Positions 57,143 to 64,000 of a stretch of 64,000 bases of DNA are shown here, one piece after another. The notes below the pieces were generated by a model, which was not told the origin of the DNA, did not search any database, and worked only from the letters and a program-made list of their open reading frames with translations. Both the position numbers and the translations under genes were made by a program. How positions within the stretch are numbered: position 1 is the first letter of the stretch; every line of letters begins with the position of its first letter. Source of the stretch: a virus (taxonomy: Duplodnaviria; Caudoviricetes); IMG/VR virus record IMGVR_UViG_2524614578_000001, positions 9,107-73,106 of that record; one strand, given 5' to 3'.

Positions 57143-57361
57143 ATGTCAAGTTCCATGTCCCGCGAGGGCGAGGCGTTCAACGCGGCCACGGCGATGGTTA
57201 CTTGCCTCATGAACGGCGATCACACGGAGGCCCGCCGTATCGCTTGCAGCAACGACGTCCTGCACGAGGACATGCTCCTCATCCTTGCCGGAGTAGTCGC
57301 CGTGAACTACGCGCCCGAAGAGTGGCAGCAGGCAGCCCTACGCGCCGCGCAAATGCGCTGA
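57143..57361 (+). CDS. Hypothetical protein
   Basis: RBS GGAGG. Confidence 0.5.
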   Translation: MSSSMSREGEAFNAATAMVTCLMNGDHTEARRIACSNDVLHEDMLLILAGVVAVNYAPEEWQQAALRAAQMR

Positions 57362-57363
57362 CC

Positions 57364-57600
57364 CTAGCTTTCCACCTTCGCCGCCTGCTTCAGGTCGATG
57401 CTGGCGATGTGATAGCCGTGCTCCGCTACGAGGCCGCTCTCATAGAGGGCGGCCTCCTTTGTTGCGGCCGCCTGCCGCGCCTTCTCCCGCAGCGGTTCCG
57501 CATGGTCGCCCTCGTAGGCGTACAGCTCCTCCGTCGCCGCGAACACGGCGCGCTGAAGCTGGATCAAGTCGGCGTGTCTGTCAGGGTCTATGACGCTCAT
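57364..57600 (-). CDS. Hypothetical protein
   Basis: ORF with plausible codon bias. Confidence 0.6.
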   Translation of the reverse strand: MSVIDPDRHADLIQLQRAVFAATEELYAYEGDHAEPLREKARQAAATKEAALYESGLVAEHGYHIASIDLKQAAKVES

Positions 57601-57609
57601 ACCCGCAGC

Positions 57610-57783
57610 CTACGCAGCAGCCGCGATCTCCCGACGGCAGGCCGCCAACCACGCCGCGCGCAGCCGGTTGTACTCAGCCAGAGCCTCCGGCGTCCACAGC
57701 GCACGGCCCTGCGCGAACTCCCGCAGCCGGGCGTTCGCCTCGGCGGCAGACCCGCACACACAGCCCTCAACCCCCGCGGTCAT
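57610..57783 (-). CDS. Hypothetical protein
   Basis: TAGAAT -10 just upstream of ATG (leaderless). Confidence 0.55.
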   Translation of the reverse strand: MTAGVEGCVCGSAAEANARLREFAQGRALWTPEALAEYNRLRAAWLAACRREIAAAA

Positions 57784-57826
57784 GCCGATCATTCTACCGA
57801 CGAGGCGGCCGGTACCCTGACGCACA

Positions 57827-57863
57827 ACGCCGCCCCCGGTACTTCCACTACCAGGGGCGGCGT
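57827..57863 (-). terminator. Hairpin, 15-bp stem
   Basis: ACGCCGCCCCCGGTA-N7-TACCAGGGGCGGCGT; the mismatch is G-U on the minus strand. Confidence 0.6.
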
Positions 57864-57877
57864 GCTCATGCGGTGGA

Positions 57878-58051
57878 TCAGTCTGTCAGGGCGGCGGGGT
57901 GCGTACCGTTGCGTGCAGCTTCGGCCCGCGCGGCCTCCTCGGCGGCGGCCTCCAGCAGCTCCCGCTTCGTGGAACCAGACGCCTTGGCCGCGCTCCGCTC
58001 GTAGTACGCCGCGTTGTTCTCGTGGATACGGATGGCCTCGGATCGCTTCAC
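57878..58051 (-). CDS. Small helical protein (57 aa)
   Basis: Hand translation VKRSEAIRIHENNAAYYERS...; RBS AGGAGG. Confidence 0.55.
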   Translation of the reverse strand: MKRSEAIRIHENNAAYYERSAAKASGSTKRELLEAAAEEAARAEAARNGTHPAALTD

Positions 58052-58054
58052 GAG

Positions 58055-58360
58055 TTAGTCCTCCTTCTCGCTGTGCTTCTTCAGGTGGTTGCGGACGCTG
58101 GCCGCCGCCCCGGCGTAGCCGCAGCCGCGCGGGCAGGTCTCCCAGCCGCCGTGCTTCAGCGCGGCGTCCCGGATGGACACTTCGTCGTCGGGCCCGTGGT
58201 CGGTGTCAGCCAAGAGCTGCGCCACAGAGCCCTGGTGATAGACCGCCATGTACGCAGCCTCAGCTTGCTTGTCGTGGCCGGGGGCGAAGAACTTCCCCAG
58301 CCCGACCTCCCGCCCGCAGCCGCACCAGCAGAAGCCGTTGGGGAGGAGGCGCTCGCTCAC
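58055..58360 (-). CDS. Zinc-binding protein
   Basis: CWCGCG....FAPGHD; CPRGC...NHLKKH. Confidence 0.7.
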   Translation of the reverse strand: MSERLLPNGFCWCGCGREVGLGKFFAPGHDKQAEAAYMAVYHQGSVAQLLADTDHGPDDEVSIRDAALKHGGWETCPRGCGYAGAAASVRNHLKKHSEKED

Positions 58361-58524
58361 TTGCCCTCCATCAGTGCGCCGATGGCGGCCACAGCGTCTG
58401 CGACGCCTCGGTTGTACGCCGCGTCTTCGTCGGTGCCGGTGTTTTCCGTCAGGTACTCGCCCTGCGCCGCCTCAATGGCCTCGTTGAGGACTGCGTTGCG
58501 GATCTCGCTCTCGGTCGTCTTCAT
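58357..58524 (-). CDS. Small hypothetical protein
   Basis: TGC-TACCAT -10 six nt before ATG. Confidence 0.55.
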   Translation of the reverse strand: MKTTESEIRNAVLNEAIEAAQGEYLTENTGTDEDAAYNRGVADAVAAIGALMEGK

Positions 58525-58672
58525 GAACCCATGGTAGCAAGTCTTGGGTGTACGGCAAGAGTTACATCCAAGGGGTGATGGAGTGGTGGAGCGCATAACG
58601 TCTTGTTACTGGCTGCCCCTGGAGTGTGCTCTAACCCTGGATAACTTTCCTTAGCAGCGGTAAGATGAGGGG

Positions 58673-59746
58673 GTGAACCCGACCCCAGAGGAACCCCTCG
58701 AAGCCGAACTCGTCGACGACGACAGACTCCCCGCTGTCGTCGAGACGCGCCCCGCCCACACCGCACGCGATCACGAACTGTCCGACGACGCCCGCGAAGC
58801 GATCGAGGACTCGATCCCCGCCAACACGCAACGCGCCTACGGTCGCCAGTGGGAGACCTTCAAGGAGTGGTGCACCGGGCAGGACCGGACGCCCCTGCCC
58901 GCCACGCCGCAGACCCTGGCGCAGTACGTGCGGCACCTGACGGTCACCCCGTCGAAGCGCACCGGCCGCACCCCCGCACCCTCATCCATCGAGCAGGCCA
59001 TCGCCGTCATCCGTGTCGCGCACAAGGCAGCCGGATATCGCGAGCAGCCAGACACAGAACCAGCGCTGCGCATCCTCAAGGGGTACAAGCGCCGCCGCAC
59101 GGAGGCTGGGACGCGCAAGCGCAAGGCGCCCCCCATCAATCTCGCCAAGGTCCGCGCCCTGGTTCTCGACTGCGACCCGGCCACGCTCGCCGGGCTCCGC
59201 GACCGCGTCATCTTCGTCCTCGGCTTCGCCATGATGGCCCGCCGCTCCGAGCTCGCCGGCCTCTATCTCGAAGACATCCGCGAGGACGACGAAGGCGACC
59301 TGACCATCTTCATCCGGTCATCGAAGACGGACCAGGAAGGCGAGGGCGCAGAGGTCATCGTGCCGCGCGGCGTGCACAAGGACACCGACCCCGTCCGCGT
59401 CGTCCGCGCCTACTGCGAAGCCCTCACGGAGCGCGGCATCACCGAGGGCAAGCTGCTGCGCGCCATCAACCGGTGGGGGCAGATCACTCACGACGCCATG
59501 TCCGGCGACGCCATCAACGAGATGGTCCAGCGCCGGGCCGCTCGCGCGCTCCCGGGCGGCGACGGCCTCGTCTACACCGCCCACGGCTTCCGGGCCGGAG
59601 GTGCAGGCGAGGCGTACAAGAACAAGGCACCCATCTCCGCCATCCGCAGCCAAGGCCGGTGGGCGGACGGCTCACCCCAAGTCCTGGAGTACATCCGCGC
59701 AGTCGACGCCCGTGAAGAGAACCCCATGAGAGGGATCGGCCTGTGA
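58673..59746 (+). CDS. Cre-like tyrosine recombinase
   Basis: NTQRAY..W..F..WC N-domain; RRSEL, SKTDQ, HGFRAG, GRW, YIR. Confidence 0.92.
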   Translation: MNPTPEEPLEAELVDDDRLPAVVETRPAHTARDHELSDDAREAIEDSIPANTQRAYGRQWETFKEWCTGQDRTPLPATPQTLAQYVRHLTVTPSKRTGRTPAPSSIEQAIAVIRVAHKAAGYREQPDTEPALRILKGYKRRRTEAGTRKRKAPPINLAKVRALVLDCDPATLAGLRDRVIFVLGFAMMARRSELAGLYLEDIREDDEGDLTIFIRSSKTDQEGEGAEVIVPRGVHKDTDPVRVVRAYCEALTERGITEGKLLRAINRWGQITHDAMSGDAINEMVQRRAARALPGGDGLVYTAHGFRAGGAGEAYKNKAPISAIRSQGRWADGSPQVLEYIRAVDAREENPMRGIGL

Positions 59747-60231
59747 CGACGCCGACCGATCGCACCGCCATCGAGGCGACCCAAGGGCGCGAGTACACCT
59801 GCACCGTGTGCGGTGAGACGAAGCGCGGAACCGAGTTCCGCTGGAAGGGCTTCAAGCGCGACTCGTACTGCAAGCCGTGCCGCCGCGCGAAGGACCGTGA
59901 GCGGTACAAGAACAGCAACGGCGCGGGCAAGGACAAGGTGTTCGACCACAGCCTGCGGCACCTGTACGGGATCAACCTCACCCAGTACAACGCGATGCTG
60001 GCGGAGCAGGAACATCGCTGCGCGCTCTGCGGCGAGAAGCCAGGCAGCGACCGCCGCATGCACGTCGACCACTGCCACGCGACCGGCAAGATACGGGCGC
60101 TGCTGTGCCACCACTGCAACCTGCTGTTGGGCAACGCCAAGGACTCCACCGATCGACTTCGGCAGGCAATCGCCTACCTGGACAAGCACGCCTCCGGTCT
60201 CGCCGCGAGGCTCAACGAAGAGGAGAAGTGA
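59743..60231 (+). CDS. Endonuclease VII-domain protein
   Basis: YGI...Y..ML..Q..RCALC...VDHCHATGKIRALLCHHCN..LG. Confidence 0.9.
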   Translation: MTTPTDRTAIEATQGREYTCTVCGETKRGTEFRWKGFKRDSYCKPCRRAKDRERYKNSNGAGKDKVFDHSLRHLYGINLTQYNAMLAEQEHRCALCGEKPGSDRRMHVDHCHATGKIRALLCHHCNLLLGNAKDSTDRLRQAIAYLDKHASGLAARLNEEEK

Positions 60232-60467
60232 TGAGCGCAACGTCCGAGATCAAGCCCGGCCAGGTGTGGGCCTCGCGTTACCAGACGGGCATTCACGTGG
60301 CCATCCAGGCACTGGGCGACGGCGGCCGCGCGAGGCTCTTGCCGGTGACGGTGACCCCGCAGGGCGCCGTCACTTTCGTGGTGGGCCGCCAGCGGTGGAC
60401 GTCTGGTGCCCAACTCCGGCGCGGCTACCGGCTCACCGAGCACGTAGTGGACAGCCTGCGGGACTGA
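60231..60467 (+). CDS. Hypothetical protein
   Basis: IKPGQVW; coupled. Confidence 0.6.
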   Translation: MSATSEIKPGQVWASRYQTGIHVAIQALGDGGRARLLPVTVTPQGAVTFVVGRQRWTSGAQLRRGYRLTEHVVDSLRD

Positions 60468-60481
60468 CCACTCACCGCAGC

Positions 60482-60518
60482 ACGGCGCCCCTGGTATCCG
60501 ATCTACCAGGGGCGCCGT
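60482..60518. terminator. Perfect 15-bp hairpin between convergent genes
   Basis: ACGGCGCCCCTGGTA-N7-TACCAGGGGCGCCGT. Confidence 0.65.
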
Positions 60519-60535
60519 CGTGTGAGCGTAGCGCG

Positions 60536-61216
60536 CTACTTGGCGTGCTTGTAGTTGACCCTCGCGCCCGGGCAGGCGGCGGCGAGCTGCTTGAGCTTGG
60601 TCTTTTCGGCGCTGTCGATGGCCAGGTCCCAACGGGCCTTGGTGCTCACCCAGTCCGTCGTGTATCGGCACGATGCGGATTTGGCGGGCGGCATCCACTC
60701 GGCCGGGTCCCGGTCTCCCTTCGAGCGGTTCGGCCCGAGTGAGACGGCGACCAACGAGCTGGCAGCGCCGAGGTCGTTGGCGTACCGCTCCCGCTTGTCG
60801 TCGGGCCAGTCCCGTGCGCCGGACGCCCACGCCTCGCCGAGCGGCACCACGTGGTCAATGTCGAGTTGACGGTCGCGGGTGACGGTCTTCCCGTCGTAGT
60901 AGCTGGTCCACTGGCCGCCCGTCAGCTTGCAGTCGTCGCCCTGACGCGGCTTCTTCGTCGCCTCGGCGAGGAGGACTTCCTTGCGGGTGTCGCAGCCGTC
61001 GTGGTCGGCGTCGATCCACAGCTTGAACTTGTCCCGGTCGTAGCCGCTGGGCTGGGCGGGCTTCACGTCGAGGCGTTCGATGACGGCCGCAAGCCGCTTC
61101 CCTCCTTGGCCTGCGTCGGGTGTCTGCTGCTGGTTGTCGGTGGCTGCCGCCGTGCACGCGGACGCGAGCAACAGGGCGGGGAGGAGGAGGGCGAGGCGGC
61201 TCTTGAAAGCGGTCAC
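60536..61216 (-). CDS. Secreted lipoprotein HNH nuclease (DUF1524)
   Basis: Lipobox LASAC; GYDRDKF..W.D...GCDTR, DIDHVVPL, NRSKGD. Confidence 0.88.
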   Translation of the reverse strand: MTAFKSRLALLLPALLLASACTAAATDNQQQTPDAGQGGKRLAAVIERLDVKPAQPSGYDRDKFKLWIDADHDGCDTRKEVLLAEATKKPRQGDDCKLTGGQWTSYYDGKTVTRDRQLDIDHVVPLGEAWASGARDWPDDKRERYANDLGAASSLVAVSLGPNRSKGDRDPAEWMPPAKSASCRYTTDWVSTKARWDLAIDSAEKTKLKQLAAACPGARVNYKHAK

Positions 61217-61248
61217 CGCAATAGCTTGGCACGGCCAACAGACAGGCC

Positions 61249-61569
61249 CTATCCCTCAGTTGACTGACCGGGCCCGCACGCCTCGCATCGCTCGATCCGC
61301 CGGCCCGGATCCTGCCGCAGCGCCTGGACTTCGCGGATGGTGAGCCGGTCACCTGTCGCCATCCAGCAGCCCGCGTGGTGGAGGATGCCGAGCCTCGGTG
61401 TGCCGACGGGGGTGTGCCGCCACTGGATGCACCAGCGCGGCGGGGGTGGCTTGCCGCGCGGGCTGCCGTTCTCCGCGGTCTCGATGGCCTTGTCTACGTC
61501 GGCGAGCAGTAGAAGCAGGTAGCGCTTGATGGTCCACAGGCGCGGCAGATCTTCCGGCAGTTCCGGCAC
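61249..61569 (-). CDS. DUF6233-like protein
   Basis: LP.DLPRL.T; LHHAGCW...CEACGP. Confidence 0.7.
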   Translation of the reverse strand: MPELPEDLPRLWTIKRYLLLLLADVDKAIETAENGSPRGKPPPPRWCIQWRHTPVGTPRLGILHHAGCWMATGDRLTIREVQALRQDPGRRIERCEACGPGQSTEG

Positions 61570-61573
61570 GCCG

Positions 61574-61924
61574 TCACGGCTCCAGCGTGTCTTCGGGTCG
61601 GCAGGCTTGGCACATCTCCAGGTTGCCGCTGGTTACGTCGTCGGCGAGGGCGAGGAGCGCGTCGTCGCGGCTGATGGTGGCGCCGTCGCTGATCCAGCAG
61701 TCGCCGCGGTGCAGGACGGCCTTCCCTTCGGGGAGCCGCGTCTTCTGGATGCGGTAGCCGTCGGGCGGGCCTGCCGGTTTGGCAGCGGACAGTGCATCGT
61801 CGACGGCGGTGGCGATCACGTCGAGGAAGGTGCCGATCGTTGCTTGCCGTGATCGCTGCTGGTCGATCCAGGCGCGGATCGTCTGGAGGCGTTCCAGGTC
61901 GGGAGGCAGAGGCAGATCGGACAT
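61574..61924 (-). CDS. DUF6233-like protein (paralog)
   Basis: LPPDLERLQT; LHRGDCW...CQACRP. Confidence 0.75.
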   Translation of the reverse strand: MSDLPLPPDLERLQTIRAWIDQQRSRQATIGTFLDVIATAVDDALSAAKPAGPPDGYRIQKTRLPEGKAVLHRGDCWISDGATISRDDALLALADDVTSGNLEMCQACRPEDTLEP

Positions 61925-61932
61925 GTGTTCGA
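61917..61932. promoter_or_regulatory. LexA (SOS) box
   Basis: TCGGAC-ATGT-GTTCGA, one mismatch from actinobacterial TCGAAC-N4-GTTCGA; overlaps the ATG and adjoins a TAGACT -10. Confidence 0.6.
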
Positions 61933-61976
61933 GTCTACGAGGTGCCGGGCCGGTGGCTACACCCCACGCTGGAACA

Positions 61977-62585
61977 GTGCTCCTCGACCCACCTATCCGC
62001 CCGGCGCTCGCCCGCCGTGTCGACGCACTGCCACCCGGCGACGTGTGGGCCTACGAGCCGAAGTTCGACGGCTGGCGCGCCCTGATCTTCCATCGCCCGG
62101 ACGGCGTAGTCGTCCAGGCGCGGTCCGGCCGGCTCATCACCACGCACTTCCCGGATGTCGCTACCGCGGCCCTCCGCCTTCCCGTCGGCTGCGTGATCGA
62201 CGGCGAGGTCGTCATCTGGAACGAGCAGCGCATCGACTTCTTCGCTGTCCAGCGGCGTGCCCTCTCGGCCCCGCGGAAGGCGTGGCCTCTGTCGAAGCAA
62301 CTGCCCGCGAGTTTCGCGGCCTTCGACATCCTCGAACACGACGGTGAAGATCTCCGCGTTCGCGGCTATGCGGAGCGGCGTGAACGGCTCGTCCAAGTCG
62401 TGGGCGTGCTCGGCCCGCCGATTCAGCCAGTGCCGTCGACCACTTCACGCGACCAGGCGCTCGACTGGTGGGAGCGCTGGACGCCCGAGGTCGGTATTGA
62501 GGGGCTGGTGGTGAAACACCTCGACGGGCTCTATCGCGGCGGCGCCCGTGACTGGCGCAAGTACAAGCACTGGGACGCCCGCTAA
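61977..62585 (+). CDS. ATP-dependent DNA ligase, adenylation domain only
   Basis: EPKFDGWR, IDGEV, AFDIL, EGLVVK, WRKYK; no OB domain. Confidence 0.85.
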   Translation: MLLDPPIRPALARRVDALPPGDVWAYEPKFDGWRALIFHRPDGVVVQARSGRLITTHFPDVATAALRLPVGCVIDGEVVIWNEQRIDFFAVQRRALSAPRKAWPLSKQLPASFAAFDILEHDGEDLRVRGYAERRERLVQVVGVLGPPIQPVPSTTSRDQALDWWERWTPEVGIEGLVVKHLDGLYRGGARDWRKYKHWDAR

Positions 62586-62824
62586 CCCTCGTCAGGGTCG
62601 ATGACGAAGATGCCCATGCCGTTCACGGTCTCGACGAGGCCCTCTTCCTTGAGGACCGCGGTGGCCTTGCGGATGGTGTCGCGGGCGACGTCGTACTCGG
62701 CTTCCAGTTTGATCATGCTGGGGATTGCTCGACCGCGGGGGATGGTGCCGTCTTCGATCTGCCGCTTCAGGTCGTCGGCGATTTGCCGGTACGGCGGGAC
62801 GGGCCCTTCCCTGTCGATGATCAC
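62582..62824 (-). CDS. GntR wHTH-only regulator
   Basis: PPYRQIADDL...IPS...VARDTIRKA...GMGIFV. Confidence 0.88.
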   Translation of the reverse strand: MIIDREGPVPPYRQIADDLKRQIEDGTIPRGRAIPSMIKLEAEYDVARDTIRKATAVLKEEGLVETVNGMGIFVIDPDEG

Positions 62825-62978
62825 GTGTGGAAGCTAGTCGCCCACCCGTGACCTGCCATAGCTACCCGCAGGGGTAGCAGGGGGTAGTAAGGTCGAATCT
62901 CACCGTGCTGGGCCAAGCAGGACGAAACCCCGGCGCCGCTAGCACGGCCCGGGGCGTGGACGACTGGATGGAGTCGAC

Positions 62979-63221
62979 ATGGACCACACTACGGGCGACA
63001 GCCCGCCCTCCGATGGACACCCGGGACACTGCTCGTGGCATTCCGGCTGGGCGGACGACGTGGTCATGGTGGCCGCCCACGAGGCCGGCTCAGGTTGGGG
63101 CGGCGGCGTATACGCGTGCCTTCCTTGCGCCCGGCCGCTGGCTGCGCGTTCCGACGCTTCGAAGTGGCTGTGCCGCCAGGTTGAGGCGATGGAGCAGCGT
63201 GCGACGCAGGCCGCACCGTGA
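62979..63221 (+). CDS. Small Cys/His protein
   Basis: CSWH...EAGSGWGGGVYACLPC. Confidence 0.6.
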   Translation: MDHTTGDSPPSDGHPGHCSWHSGWADDVVMVAAHEAGSGWGGGVYACLPCARPLAARSDASKWLCRQVEAMEQRATQAAP

Positions 63222-63406
63222 AGTGCATCCGCTGTACCGAACCCGGCACAGTCCCCGTGCACGAGGTGGAGACGGGCAGCATGACGGGCGACCAGGCCGG
63301 ACCGCGCGGTGGCGTCATCGTCGCCTGCGACATGCATGCCGCGGAGATCGGCCGCGAGCCGGGAGCCTGGCCGTGGCTCGCCGAGCAGCCCAGCGGGGCG
63401 AGTTGA
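63218..63406 (+). CDS. Small Cys/His protein
   Basis: CIRC...GPRGG....AC..H. Confidence 0.55.
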   Translation: MKCIRCTEPGTVPVHEVETGSMTGDQAGPRGGVIVACDMHAAEIGREPGAWPWLAEQPSGAS

Positions 63407-63579
63407 TGGCAGGCCGCGGCGACGAGGCGCAAGTGGTGTGCTGCGGTGAGCCGATGGAACGGATCGACGTGTGCGGACGGGGTGTGATGTTCCGCTGCGG
63501 CGAGTGCGCGCGGATCACTGTCGAGTCGCCGCCCCCGGCTGATCCTGTGGCCAACTCCAGTCTGTGGCCTTGCCTCTGA
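63406..63579 (+). CDS. Small zinc-ribbon protein
   Basis: CCGEPM...FRCGEC. Confidence 0.45.
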   Translation: MAGRGDEAQVVCCGEPMERIDVCGRGVMFRCGECARITVESPPPADPVANSSLWPCL

Positions 63580-63763
63580 CTGGAGTTCCCTGGCCCGGCC
63601 GTCCGTGTACACCCCCGTCGCGGATGGCCGGGCCTCTTCGTGTCGGTGACCAATCCGTGGGGCCGTCGGCTCCGAATACCTCATGGGGTGAGGTGTCTGT
63701 GCTGGTCGTGGCGGTGGTTGTCGGGTAACAACTGTGTTGGGTGCGGCGCTGATAGACGTGGTG

Positions 63764-64000
63764 TCAACTGAAGAGTGATGCAAGGGGGGCATCGAGGGCG
63801 CGGGCGATCATTGTGAGGTGGTCGAGGCTCGTGCCGTATGCGGCGACTTCGATCCGGTTGATCGTTTTGCGGTCGAGGCCGGCGAGTTCGCCGAGTCGTT
63901 CTTGGGAGTAGCCGCGCTCGGTGCGTAGTTCGCGCACGCGGACCCCGACGGCTTCGCGGGTGTGGAGTACCCACGGCGGGAGGGGGTCGGTCGGCGGCAC
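63764..64000 (-). CDS. XRE-family HTH regulator
   Basis: VRELRTERGYSQERLGELAGLDRKTINRIE. Confidence 0.9.
   Translation of the reverse strand: MPPTDPLPPWVLHTREAVGVRVRELRTERGYSQERLGELAGLDRKTINRIEVAAYGTSLDHLTMIARALDAPLASLFS

Larger units (their letters stand above)
1..64000. mobile_element. Temperate siphovirus (prophage or phage-plasmid) carrying a TraB conjugation module; ends lie outside the window
   Basis: Replication, terminase, portal, capsid, tail and lysis genes in canonical order; no host core genes seen. Confidence 0.92.

Noticed and set aside
58600-58672. attP/attL next to the recombinase
   Set aside because: No tRNA fragment or repeated core seen; phage-like genes continue on both sides
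1-64000. tRNA, rRNA, reverse transcriptase/DGR, IS elements
   Set aside because: None recognised by eye; a covariance-model scan is needed to exclude small RNAs

Overview
The whole window is a segment of a high-GC (Streptomyces-like) temperate siphovirus, with no recognisable host housekeeping genes, and it runs off both ends. In order: an early/replication arm (RusA-like, two WhiB, RHH, replication initiator with an internal iteron-like origin, C5 methyltransferase with a nested alternative-frame ORF, beta clamp, Mom-like, SLOG, nucleoside deoxyribosyltransferase-like); an actinomycete conjugation module (GntR-UTRA, UTRA-only, Xis-like, RapZ-CTD, DUF2637, TraA-like, FtsK-type TraB flanked by TGACACC repeat arrays); an intact head-tail module with a GGGAAAA -1 frameshift; an antisense glycosylation operon (3 glycosyltransferases, RmlB, SAM methyltransferase); lysis genes with two hydrolases; a secreted metallopeptidase; a Cre-like recombinase; EndoVII; a secreted nuclease; an SOS-boxed DUF6233 pair; an OB-less ligase; and regulators. 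The most striking features are the phage/conjugation hybrid and the candidate virion-glycosylation pathway. All calls come from motif reading; no database search was run.
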